A stretch of 64,000 nt of DNA. Origin: a virus. Lineage: Duplodnaviria > Caudoviricetes. A program made the position numbers and the translations under genes. The stretch is from IMG/VR virus record IMGVR_UViG_3300031813_000669, positions 9,058-73,057 of that record; one strand, 5' to 3'. The notes under the pieces are model-generated. The model worked only from the letters and a program-made list of their open reading frames with translations, was not told the DNA's origin and searched no databases. Positions 57,101 to 64,000 of the stretch are shown here, piece by piece. Position 1 is the first letter of the stretch. Every line of letters starts with the position of its first letter.

Positions 57101-58385
57101 CGGAATGGGGGCAACTAATATTGGTGCAGCCCCATACTGTGGTGCATTGTTTGAGTCTCAAAATTCTATAACATGGACAGCAGATCAAACTAAACAAATG
57201 ATGTTTGCTATTACCAATTGTGTATTCAATACTTCCGTATCACCAACAATACCTTTTATTATTCCAGCTGGTTTGCCTTTCAGAAAGTTAATGCAAAAGT
57301 CTGTTGATTATTTTGTAAATCCTTACACAGTATCAGCTACACATAATACTTTCTCAACGAATGCGATTTATAATTCGTTTAACTTAACCACATCTGATTT
57401 TATACCTACTGCAACTTCAATAGGATATACATATCAGACTGCTCTAACGAAAACAGGTACGGTAACAGATCCAGCTGTTGTTTATCCTGGAAGATTAGGT
57501 TCACCTATGGCCAGTGATATTTTCTTTGATGATGGACTTGGTGCGAGAGTATTGATGCAACACTCTAATACATCATTCATACTAAACACCTCACTGGCTT
57601 CTAGTGATGCTTCAGTTAGTCCTGTATTGAGTGATGATATGTTAAAAGTTCTAACTGTAACAGATAGTATCAATAACATGGAAATATTACCCCATGTTAT
57701 TTCTATAGTTAATGGTGGAACAGGTTATAATGCAAATACAATATACATTTCAACAAGCGCTCCTGATGTAGGAAATGATGTTTGTGTTTTAACTTGCACA
57801 ATAGATGCTAACGGAACTATAACAAAATTATATCCATCTCACGCTGGTTCTGGTTATTTAACTACACCAACAATAACAATAACAGATCCAACAACAAGAA
57901 GTGGAAACACAAATGCAGTTGTTACTGTTACCGGTGAAGATCAGCCAACGGGCGGAAATGCGGTATGCAGATATTTAACCAAGAAAGTTGTGTTGGATGC
58001 CGGTAATGATTCTGGTGATTTAAGAGTTTATTGCACAGCATACAAACCTATTAATACCAACATTTATGTCTATTACAGAATATTAAATGCTTCTGATACA
58101 GATATATTAGAAAATCAAACTTGGCAGTTAATGACACAGGTCACCAACAATAATGTATATTCAAAGACAAGATCAGACTACGTTGAATATGAATATGCAC
58201 CAGGTGCATTCTTGAGTGGTGTTGCAAATAATAGTGTTTCGTATACAAATACTGTAGGAAATACATACACTTCATTTAGACAATTTGTAATTAAGATTGT
58301 ATTGACAACTGGAGATAAATCTAAATCACCTATATTGAATGATTTAAGAACTCTAGCGTTGCCACCAGGATCAGGTATTGTCTAA
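51117..58385 (+). CDS. Large virion structural protein (DUF4815/VrlC-like)
   Basis: FNVNPYYDDFD..KNF.RILFKPG.AVQARELTQ.Q.ILQ.Q; APGADRYKI; KNG.LVD.F; DPLAQTF; LR.LAL. Confidence 0.85.
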   Translation: MALNFNVNPYYDDFDPSKNFHRILFKPGVAVQARELTQSQTILQNQISNLADSFFSQNSPVTGGQVTTNVKCYYLKLNTTYNGSQIVAANFLNKNITDVTGTILAKVIATAEATGSASNPGDPPTLVITYLSGGVFSDNMSVITTDGSNQIAITIGTTGGTTSTGYSSVASISQGVFYVVTGWSQSNVQNPDGTYSKYSIGNFVNVAPQTIILDKYDNAPTGRIGLNVVESIVDYITDTSLLDEAVGASNYQAPGADRYKIDLTLASYPIDSGTESLSFIELVRINSGSLVKIVNGKSFTSSFEDYFAKRDYETNGDYIVNDFKITASSIPGDTTTYNLTIGPGVAYVHGYRVENNSPITINSPRSQNTQTVAGNSFHTDFGSYFITDSMKGLFDYTTMPQVDFHCVPSANINLSSANTYNSTLVGTGFIRNLVFQNALNGTNPNGYLFNTYVNDIQTITLNGKVSTATNTTITIVDTTNNFSNTNNAYYGAKLTITGGTDSLLVSGVNESAKIITNYSVTGSSKTFTLNSPFYVTPDSSTTFSISLQTNLVESIVQKSLTGSSNPTYALTANTNINNTGKVNGNPTGYTILNNATSPELIFNIGSSYVSASGGSSYYTSKIFRNQNFNIITGQLQITAPSGMSFSCGQGTFGGGTNNSAFQETFLIVDTNTGNILDFTSSGNTVTVLGSTATFTSSVYASQYTSSTISVISQLKVTDGDAYTTIKKSKNLVSGLVSTAGTLTAVSGLANTYISTDINNNPTGQTYIPYTSLGYGSISLYVTDLTDIVKIYDLGTQGTIPSAGSSLTSFNDITNYFTLDNGQRDNYYDFASIKLKAGLSPPKNDILVVYNYYLHSGGDGYFNVNSYPNYTTIPSYSAKDGNIYNLRDCIDFRPSRINGQASYVWEYNNSLSSLGMMIPTPGVSSYFQHNYAYYLSRKDKLVLTKDGQFNIVYGTPAINSILPKEPLGTLVLANIFLDPYTSYIPGDIVNHQTPIPNLTLNKVLHKRWAKSDITELQNQVNNLEYYTALSALESSASNIQVPDNNNINRYKNGILVDSFSDYSVSDSAYPGFSAKIDIRNRKLGPQQHISNFQLQNPLVLKFAANTATTYKVHSIGSSGTNIFTLPYTTSDFIVQKWASNTISINPFSVITEQGTLSLIPPADNWFNSIKPPDLLINTPNMQFNQYNGGNNLLNSGDAYSPIGVSTYNQQDTGLQVSTNYQSQLMGLSTTSTTSTTAGALSVDNGVINNNQVATYIRQQDIGIYARGLLKNSKLTCFFDGQLVDQYMSAPNTIELTGVQGTFKVDDVVGFYENNVTQFFPIGRVLSVYYYPDTTNARIYLISLSSYTPTVSTTKLISANFDASGKYVNSTASGTVTFNANSIYSLHVTSSVSGVGGNYTSVNNIVPTFYKTPKISIQSPYVDSAGLVVGTVGADGYSTFFNNYAVWGDQNNSATYDIRSTPYTINFPTAGQYVLYVSATSSVVKPSTVYFDGVSVVTNSSPYKPTVIPLTVSTAGNHTLSWYAQNSFGAPFQAGIAVAIYDGTALLLWDSLSTPGTYNNNVAQQYNMPLGGAFYTGCKQLTLDSNASNIDNFYTGCTIQVTTTHVYGHDYGAVYYPPVTLTGSYLATGMYYATGSYQVPSSYDVTTQVWEATYPGDSDGIGTWQTSTYTVYYDYTVYYDYPVYYTYPVYYQYQVSTYENSVINQVQSIDSTVYLTAIDRFTANITSYTGSTRTAVIDGPISVSLGYNQKYGTLNSTYTITGQVQSVAGAINSGGVPALSSNENGEFVAVFHCPGSIFLSGNKTFRVDNRNILSQSTSATTWAEGVFLAGSIQDPTILSASIDSANKSIQPIDYSVAVSTTPRPQGISDPLAQTFIISKDNYPNGAFISSVKLFFAGSSANTLSTILNAPVTLSIVGTVNGVPNGQTLNYSTVVKNPADIIPYVSASPSVTNANTYVQFSFSAPVYIEPGVLYAIVVQSNCADYYLYYAQQNATPLAGMGATNIGAAPYCGALFESQNSITWTADQTKQMMFAITNCVFNTSVSPTIPFIIPAGLPFRKLMQKSVDYFVNPYTVSATHNTFSTNAIYNSFNLTTSDFIPTATSIGYTYQTALTKTGTVTDPAVVYPGRLGSPMASDIFFDDGLGARVLMQHSNTSFILNTSLASSDASVSPVLSDDMLKVLTVTDSINNMEILPHVISIVNGGTGYNANTIYISTSAPDVGNDVCVLTCTIDANGTITKLYPSHAGSGYLTTPTITITDPTTRSGNTNAVVTVTGEDQPTGGNAVCRYLTKKVVLDAGNDSGDLRVYCTAYKPINTNIYVYYRILNASDTDILENQTWQLMTQVTNNNVYSKTRSDYVEYEYAPGAFLSGVANNSVSYTNTVGNTYTSFRQFVIKIVLTTGDKSKSPILNDLRTLALPPGSGIV

Positions 58386-58615
58386 TGGCTTTAGTTAAAG
58401 TGGAAGGAACATCATTCGTCAGAGATACGGAAAGTATGGCTCTGATTAATAATGATGATACATCAAGAAATGATTATTATAGTAAAGTGAGAATGATACA
58501 CAATCAAAAAGAAGAACTAAATAAAGTAAGGTCGGAGATCGATGATCTAAAAGATAATGTATCCGAAATAAAATCATTATTATTACAACTATTAGATAAG
58601 GGATCAAATGGCTAA
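58385..58615 (+). CDS. Small conserved T4-like protein with a coiled-coil C-terminus
   Basis: VKVEG..FVRD..S.ALIN.D...Y. Confidence 0.75.
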   Translation: MALVKVEGTSFVRDTESMALINNDDTSRNDYYSKVRMIHNQKEELNKVRSEIDDLKDNVSEIKSLLLQLLDKGSNG

Positions 58616-60476
58616 TCATATAGGAACACCAGTTACTTTACTAAGTTATTCAAACACTTTTGGAGAATTAATGGTATCCACCAATCAGTTGGTGGCTGAA
58701 AATAATTTCCTTGCACAAAATAACTATGTAAAATCAACAGGAACTCTTTATCTTTCTGATCCCACATTAGGATTAGTTGTAAACAATCAATCAATATTCG
58801 CCGGAACTTTAGCAATACAATCTCCCGGTATTGCACAGATAACAACTAGTTCTTCTTCACCAGCTGTTTTTATAGCTCAATCTGGATCTGGCGCTTCACT
58901 TAAAATATCCGACTCTGGTGGTTTGGATCCATCTCCGTTTATTGTTGATCAGAACGGTAATGTATCCATAGGAACAACCAATACATTATATTATAAATTA
59001 AACCTTGTTGGTAATCAAGGTTTCAATGTTATTGCTAACAATAACAGTATATCAGCCAACGGATCAACACCAGCATTAACAATTTCACAAGTTGGTTCTG
59101 GCGCTTGTTTGGTTATTAGTGATGATTATAGTGACATTAGTCCTTTTGTTATTGATAATGTAGGTAATGTCACAATAGGTGCAACAACTTCTCCAGGATA
59201 TAAATTATACACAACTGGTGGTGATGTTTCATTTGCAAACAATTTATTTGTAACGGGAAATATAACAAATAAAACCGCAAATGTTACCGCAAACGCAGTA
59301 GTAGCAAATAGTGTTATTGTTGGCCTAGGTGGTATAAACAACACCATTTTCATTAATTCTGGTGGTATAAATGTAGCTAGTGCTATGACCGTACAAGGTA
59401 CCTTTACCATTTCTGGTAGTACAGTCTATAGTTCAAATTCATTTATCATGAATTTTGGAGTAGGCGTATCCAACCAAAATGCTGTTATAGGTGTATACAG
59501 AACAGCTAATACAGGTAATGCCATTATTAGATGGAATGAATCTAATAAGCTCTGGGAAATGAATGATGTTATAAACGGCCAATACTATAGAATTCTAACT
59601 GATGAATTTAAAAGTGATCTAGGTAATTTAAGCAGCACATCAAATATTGCAACATCATTAGCATTAGCAAACGCAAATACATTCTTACAAGCTAACGATT
59701 TTGCAATTTACACTTATTCCGGTGGAGCATTCAATACTGCTAATTCAGCATATGCTACAACTAATTCAGCATACTTTACTGCTAATTCTGGTTACTTTAC
59801 CGCTAATCAAGCTTACCTACAAGCTAATGCGGCATATGTTACAACTAATTCAGCATACTTTACTGCTAATTCTGGTTACTTTACCGCTAATCAAGCTTAC
59901 CTACAAGCTAATGCGGCATATTATACTGCTAACCAAGCATATTCACAGGCTAATTTAGCATACACAAGAGCTAACACATCATCAAATATATTTGTAGGAA
60001 CATCCGGTTCAGCTGTACCTATTAGTGGTGGTATAACATTTAATAGTACAATTGGTGTAACCATTTCAGGAACATCAAATACATTAACTATTAATTCTCC
60101 ACAAGACATAAGACAAAATGCAACTCCGCAATGGGCTGGTGTCAATGTTGCTGGTTATTCTTTGATATTCTCTAATGTGGCCTCATTAACGACAAATACT
60201 GCGAATCAAGTAATTGACCTTTTCTCTACATCTATATACAGATCAGCAAAATATACAGTACAGTTTACGACAGGAACAAGTTATCAAACTTCTGAATTAC
60301 TTGTTCTACATGACGGAGCAAATACGTTTATTACTGAATTTGGTACATTATTCACATCAGGAACATTAGCAACATTTGATGTAAATATTACCTCAGGTAA
60401 CTTAAATTTATTGACAACTCCTATAAATAATACAAGTGCGACAGTAAAGATTGTCAGAACATCAGTAACAGTTTAA
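58608..60476 (+). CDS. Fibre/whisker-like structural protein with heptad AY.TAN repeats
   Basis: NTF.E...TN N-terminus; PF.VD..GNV.IG repeats; C-terminal RSAKY...SE.L.LHDG motif. Confidence 0.75.
   Translation: MANHIGTPVTLLSYSNTFGELMVSTNQLVAENNFLAQNNYVKSTGTLYLSDPTLGLVVNNQSIFAGTLAIQSPGIAQITTSSSSPAVFIAQSGSGASLKISDSGGLDPSPFIVDQNGNVSIGTTNTLYYKLNLVGNQGFNVIANNNSISANGSTPALTISQVGSGACLVISDDYSDISPFVIDNVGNVTIGATTSPGYKLYTTGGDVSFANNLFVTGNITNKTANVTANAVVANSVIVGLGGINNTIFINSGGINVASAMTVQGTFTISGSTVYSSNSFIMNFGVGVSNQNAVIGVYRTANTGNAIIRWNESNKLWEMNDVINGQYYRILTDEFKSDLGNLSSTSNIATSLALANANTFLQANDFAIYTYSGGAFNTANSAYATTNSAYFTANSGYFTANQAYLQANAAYVTTNSAYFTANSGYFTANQAYLQANAAYYTANQAYSQANLAYTRANTSSNIFVGTSGSAVPISGGITFNSTIGVTISGTSNTLTINSPQDIRQNATPQWAGVNVAGYSLIFSNVASLTTNTANQVIDLFSTSIYRSAKYTVQFTTGTSYQTSELLVLHDGANTFITEFGTLFTSGTLATFDVNITSGNLNLLTTPINNTSATVKIVRTSVTV
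59748..59915 (+). repeat. 84-bp tandem duplication within the coding sequence
   Basis: Two copies differing at one base (GCT/GTT), encoding AY.TTNSAYFTANSGYFTANQAYLQANA. Confidence 0.9.
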
Positions 60477-60503
60477 AAATAATAAGAACGAGGAGAGGGA
60501 ATC

Positions 60504-63500
60504 GTGTCTACTAAAAGATTTGTGGCCAAATTCGGCCTAGACAATAACAATCAAACAGCATCAAACATTGCGAATCCCATATTATCTACTGATGCAGTCA
60601 ACATTCAATACGCTAATTCCAATTATGTATCACTAACACTTGGCGGTACAGTTAATGGTAATGTTAGAGTTGAAACAGCTAATGTAACTATAGGTATTAA
60701 ATCCGGCCAAGTATCTCAGAACGCCAATTCTGTTGCCATTGGAGCACAAGCAGGACAATTAAACCAAGGACTTTCCTCTGTATCTATAGGAGATCAAGCA
60801 GGTCAAACAAGTCAAGCAACACAATCTGTATCAATTGGACTGTATGCAGGTCAATCATATCAAGGTTACCAATCAGTAGCAATTGGTTATAATTCAGGAA
60901 ATGCCGGTCAAAGTTACCAATCAGTAGCAATTGGTTCTGGTTCTGGAAATTACGCTCAAGGGTACGGATCAGTATCAATAGGTTATTATGCCGGCAATTA
61001 TCAACAATCATCACAATGTGTAGCAATCGGTTCTCAAGCTGGGCAGGCCGGTCAAAGTTATTATTCTGTTGCAATCGGGACATTATCCGGAAATCAAAAT
61101 CAAGGTTTGGGATCAGTAGCAATCGGTTATGGTGCGAGTGTAACTAATCAGGGATCATACTCATTATCAATAGGTCAGTTAGCTGGATGGGACACACAAG
61201 GAACACAATCAATAGCTTTAGGAACCACATCGGGTAACAAGACTCAAGGACAATACTCTGTAGCAATTGGTGCCAATACTGCTTATAGTAGTCAAGGTGC
61301 TAATTCGATTGCAATTGGTACTAACGCCGGCGGTATAGGTCAAAGTGGCCAAGCATTAGCAATTGGATATCAAGCAGGACAAACAAGTCAAGGCACATTC
61401 TCTGTAGCGATTGGTAAAACTGCCGGATCTTCAAGTCAAGGAGCCCAATCAGTAGCAATTGGATTATCGACCGGTAACATAGCTCAAGGTGCATCTTCAG
61501 TTGCAATTGGTGATACTTCAGGATCCACATCGCAAGGAACGCAATCAGTAGCAATCGGATATCAATCCGGAAAAATAAACCAAGGATCTTCAGGTGTTGC
61601 AATTGGTGATAGTACAGGTTATAATTATCAAGGTGCTAATTCTGTTGCTATAGGTGTACAAACTGGTTCTAATACACAAGGCACACAAGCAGTATCAATA
61701 GGTAATTTTGCAGGATCAAATAACCAGTCAGCATTCTCTGTTGCAATTGGTGCCAATACAGCATCATATTATCAAGGTGCTAATTCTGTTGCTATGGGTA
61801 CCAGTGCTGGTAATATAAGTCAAGGTACTTATGCTGTAGCAATTGGTTATCAAGCAGGGCAAACAAGTCAAAGTAGTGGATCCGTTGCAATTGGTGATCA
61901 AGCAGGACAAGTCGTTCAAGGAAATTATTCTGTTGCAATTGGATATAATGCTGGTTTATCCGCACAAGGACAACAAGCAATAGCTATTGGTCGCCTCGCA
62001 GGATCGGCTAGTCAAAGCGTTTCGTCAATAGCTATTGGATATAATTCAGGTTTACAAAATCAAGGGGCATCATCTGTATCAATAGGTGAGTGGTCTGCCG
62101 AAGTGTATCAAGGAAATTATTCCGTTGCAATTGGTAGTTATGCAGGTATACAAAATCAAGGTAACCAATCAATTGCAATTGGTCAAAACACTGGATATTC
62201 TTATCAAGGCAACAATTCTATATCAATTGGTAATAATGCTGCTTATAATTATCAAGGTGCTAATTCTGTTGCTATAGGTGCTACCGCAGGATCTAATACA
62301 CAAGGCACACAAGCAGTATCAATTGGTAATCAATCTGGTTATAACAGTCAAGGACAATTCTCTGTTGCAATTGGTGCCAATACAGCATCTTATTATCAAG
62401 GTGCCAATTCTGTTGCTATGGGTACTAATGCTGGACAAACAAATCAAAGCACACAATCAGTAGCAATTGGTACTACTGCTGGCAATTCAACTCAAGGTGC
62501 ATTCTCTGTTGCAGTTGGTGCCAATACAGGTTACTCTTCACAAGGCGCCAATTCTGTTGCATTAGGTACACAAGCAGGTAACTATCAACAAGGACAACAA
62601 TCTATTTCAGTTGGTCAATTATCAGGTTCTACAAGTCAAGGATCACAAGCAGTTGCTATTGGTGCTGGTGCTGCTCAAACAACACAAGGACAATACGGCG
62701 TTGCAATTGGTTACCTTTCTGGTCAATCAACACAAGGACAAACATCAATTGCTATTGGTCAACAAGCAGGTCAAACAACACAAGGATCACAATCAATTGC
62801 AATTGGTCAATATGCAGGTAATTTAAGTCAAAATACATATTGCATAGCAATTGGTGCCAATACAGCATCTTATTATCAAGGTGCCAATTCTGTTGCTATG
62901 GGTACTGGTGCTGGTAATATAAGTCAAGGTAACCAATCAGTAGCAATTGGATATCAATCTGGAAGTTCACTTCAAGGTGCATATGGAGTTGCAATTGGTA
63001 ATTATGCAGGTAATAGTTATCAATCATCACAAGCAATTGCAATAGGTTATGCAGCAGGACTATCAAGTCAAGGAAATCAAGCAATTTCTATTGGTTCTGG
63101 TGCTGGTAATTCCAGTCAAGGTCAGTCTTCAATTTCTATAGGAAGACTTTCCGGTAGTGTATCTCAAAATGCCTATTCTATTGCAATTGGTTTTAATACC
63201 GCATCAGCAAACCAATCTTCTAATGCAATATCAATTGGTCCAGGTGCTGGTGTTTCTTATCAAGGTGCAAGTTCAATAGCAATTGGTGATGGTGCAGCTA
63301 GTTCAAATCAAGGAACATATTCTGTAGCAATTGGTAGTGGTGCAGGACAAACCTCTCAGGGCATACAATCTATAGCACTAGGAACAACATCAGGATTTAA
63401 CAGCCAGAATGCATTCTCCATTGCAATTGGTGCTAATACTGCTTATAGTAATCAAAGTGCTAATGCAATTGCTATAGGAACTTTGTCTGGTGGCACAAGT

Positions 63501-64000
63501 CAAGGTGATAGTTCAATCGCATTAGGTGTATTATCAGGACAAACATCACAAGGTGCATCAGCTGTTGCAGTTGGTCCTGGTGCCGGACAAACATCACAAG
63601 GACAAACATCAATTGCAATGGGTACCAGTGCTGGTAATATAAGTCAAGGCATTTCATCAGTTGCAATTGGTTATCTTGCAGGTAATTTTAATCAAAAAAC
63701 ACAGTCTGTTGCAATTGGTTTTGCATCTGGATATACGAATCAAGGCAACACATCCATAGCAATTGGTTCTAATGCAGGTAGAACAAATCAAGGCGCCAAT
63801 GCAATTGCAATGGGTACCAGTGCTGGTAATATAAGTCAAGGTACTTATGCAGTTGCTATTGGTCAACAAGCGGGTCAAACAACACAAGGATCACAATCAA
63901 TTGCAATTGGTCAATATGCGGGTAATTTAGGTCAAAATACATATTCTATATCAATTGGTACTAATTCCGCATCAGCAAATCAACAAGCCAACTCTATATC
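60504..64000 (+). CDS. YadA-head-like repeat tail fibre/adhesin, truncated at window end
   Basis: Absent from the ORF track. GTG start after GAGGAG; MSTKRFVAKFGLDNN...DAVN, then about 68 copies of a 16-aa Q-G-x-x-S-V-A-I-G-x-x-A-G-x-x-x repeat. Confidence 0.85.
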   Translation, partial: MSTKRFVAKFGLDNNNQTASNIANPILSTDAVNIQYANSNYVSLTLGGTVNGNVRVETANVTIGIKSGQVSQNANSVAIGAQAGQLNQGLSSVSIGDQAGQTSQATQSVSIGLYAGQSYQGYQSVAIGYNSGNAGQSYQSVAIGSGSGNYAQGYGSVSIGYYAGNYQQSSQCVAIGSQAGQAGQSYYSVAIGTLSGNQNQGLGSVAIGYGASVTNQGSYSLSIGQLAGWDTQGTQSIALGTTSGNKTQGQYSVAIGANTAYSSQGANSIAIGTNAGGIGQSGQALAIGYQAGQTSQGTFSVAIGKTAGSSSQGAQSVAIGLSTGNIAQGASSVAIGDTSGSTSQGTQSVAIGYQSGKINQGSSGVAIGDSTGYNYQGANSVAIGVQTGSNTQGTQAVSIGNFAGSNNQSAFSVAIGANTASYYQGANSVAMGTSAGNISQGTYAVAIGYQAGQTSQSSGSVAIGDQAGQVVQGNYSVAIGYNAGLSAQGQQAIAIGRLAGSASQSVSSIAIGYNSGLQNQGASSVSIGEWSAEVYQGNYSVAIGSYAGIQNQGNQSIAIGQNTGYSYQGNNSISIGNNAAYNYQGANSVAIGATAGSNTQGTQAVSIGNQSGYNSQGQFSVAIGANTASYYQGANSVAMGTNAGQTNQSTQSVAIGTTAGNSTQGAFSVAVGANTGYSSQGANSVALGTQAGNYQQGQQSISVGQLSGSTSQGSQAVAIGAGAAQTTQGQYGVAIGYLSGQSTQGQTSIAIGQQAGQTTQGSQSIAIGQYAGNLSQNTYCIAIGANTASYYQGANSVAMGTGAGNISQGNQSVAIGYQSGSSLQGAYGVAIGNYAGNSYQSSQAIAIGYAAGLSSQGNQAISIGSGAGNSSQGQSSISIGRLSGSVSQNAYSIAIGFNTASANQSSNAISIGPGAGVSYQGASSIAIGDGAASSNQGTYSVAIGSGAGQTSQGIQSIALGTTSGFNSQNAFSIAIGANTAYSNQSANAIAIGTLSGGTSQGDSSIALGVLSGQTSQGASAVAVGPGAGQTSQGQTSIAMGTSAGNISQGISSVAIGYLAGNFNQKTQSVAIGFASGYTNQGNTSIAIGSNAGRTNQGANAIAMGTSAGNISQGTYAVAIGQQAGQTTQGSQSIAIGQYAGNLGQNTYSISIGTNSASANQQANSI

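Noticed and set aside
28337-63887. Many 60-110 aa opposite-strand or alternate-frame ORFs inside structural genes
   Set aside because: These are shadow ORFs of long genes with biased composition, lacking SDs and motifs.
60700-64000. Periodic repeats as a CRISPR array or DGR template/variable pair
   Set aside because: The repeats are in-frame coding units without unique spacers. The differences are not adenine-specific, and no reverse transcriptase is present.

Overview
AT-rich segment of a large T4-like myophage. Its likely host is a gammaproteobacterial methanotroph, inferred from a Methylococcus-type pmoC. Layout: 1-27 kb is an accessory/early region with many small hypothetical genes, six free-standing homing endonucleases (four GIY-YIG-like, two HNH), a permease plus TonB-dependent receptor pair, two P-loop ATPases, pmoC with a cupin, a PurD-like ATP-grasp enzyme, denV-like, phoH, a Cas4-like exonuclease, rlpA-like, and gp33-gp59-HAD-gp32. 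28-35 kb is a minus-strand late block (tape-measure/hub-like genes, gp51, gp26, gp54, gp2, gp4). 35-64 kb is a plus-strand baseplate and fibre block (gp48, gp53, hub, split gp5, PAAR, gp25, gp6, gp7-like, gp8, a DUF4815-like protein, fibres) ending in a truncated YadA-like repeat fibre. The strongest signals missing from the ORF track are four. (1) A circularly permuted two-piece tmRNA gene with the alphaproteobacterial GGCAGUA T-loop and tag (A)ANDSDYSYALAA. (2) Its 146-nt spacer carries an SD-led ORF that processing would turn into a nonstop mRNA. (3) A covarying structured leader shared by three GIY-YIG endonuclease genes, each behind a late promoter. (4) A probable SD-stimulated -1 frameshift joining gp26 to gp51. 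All calls were made by eye from motifs; no database searches were run.
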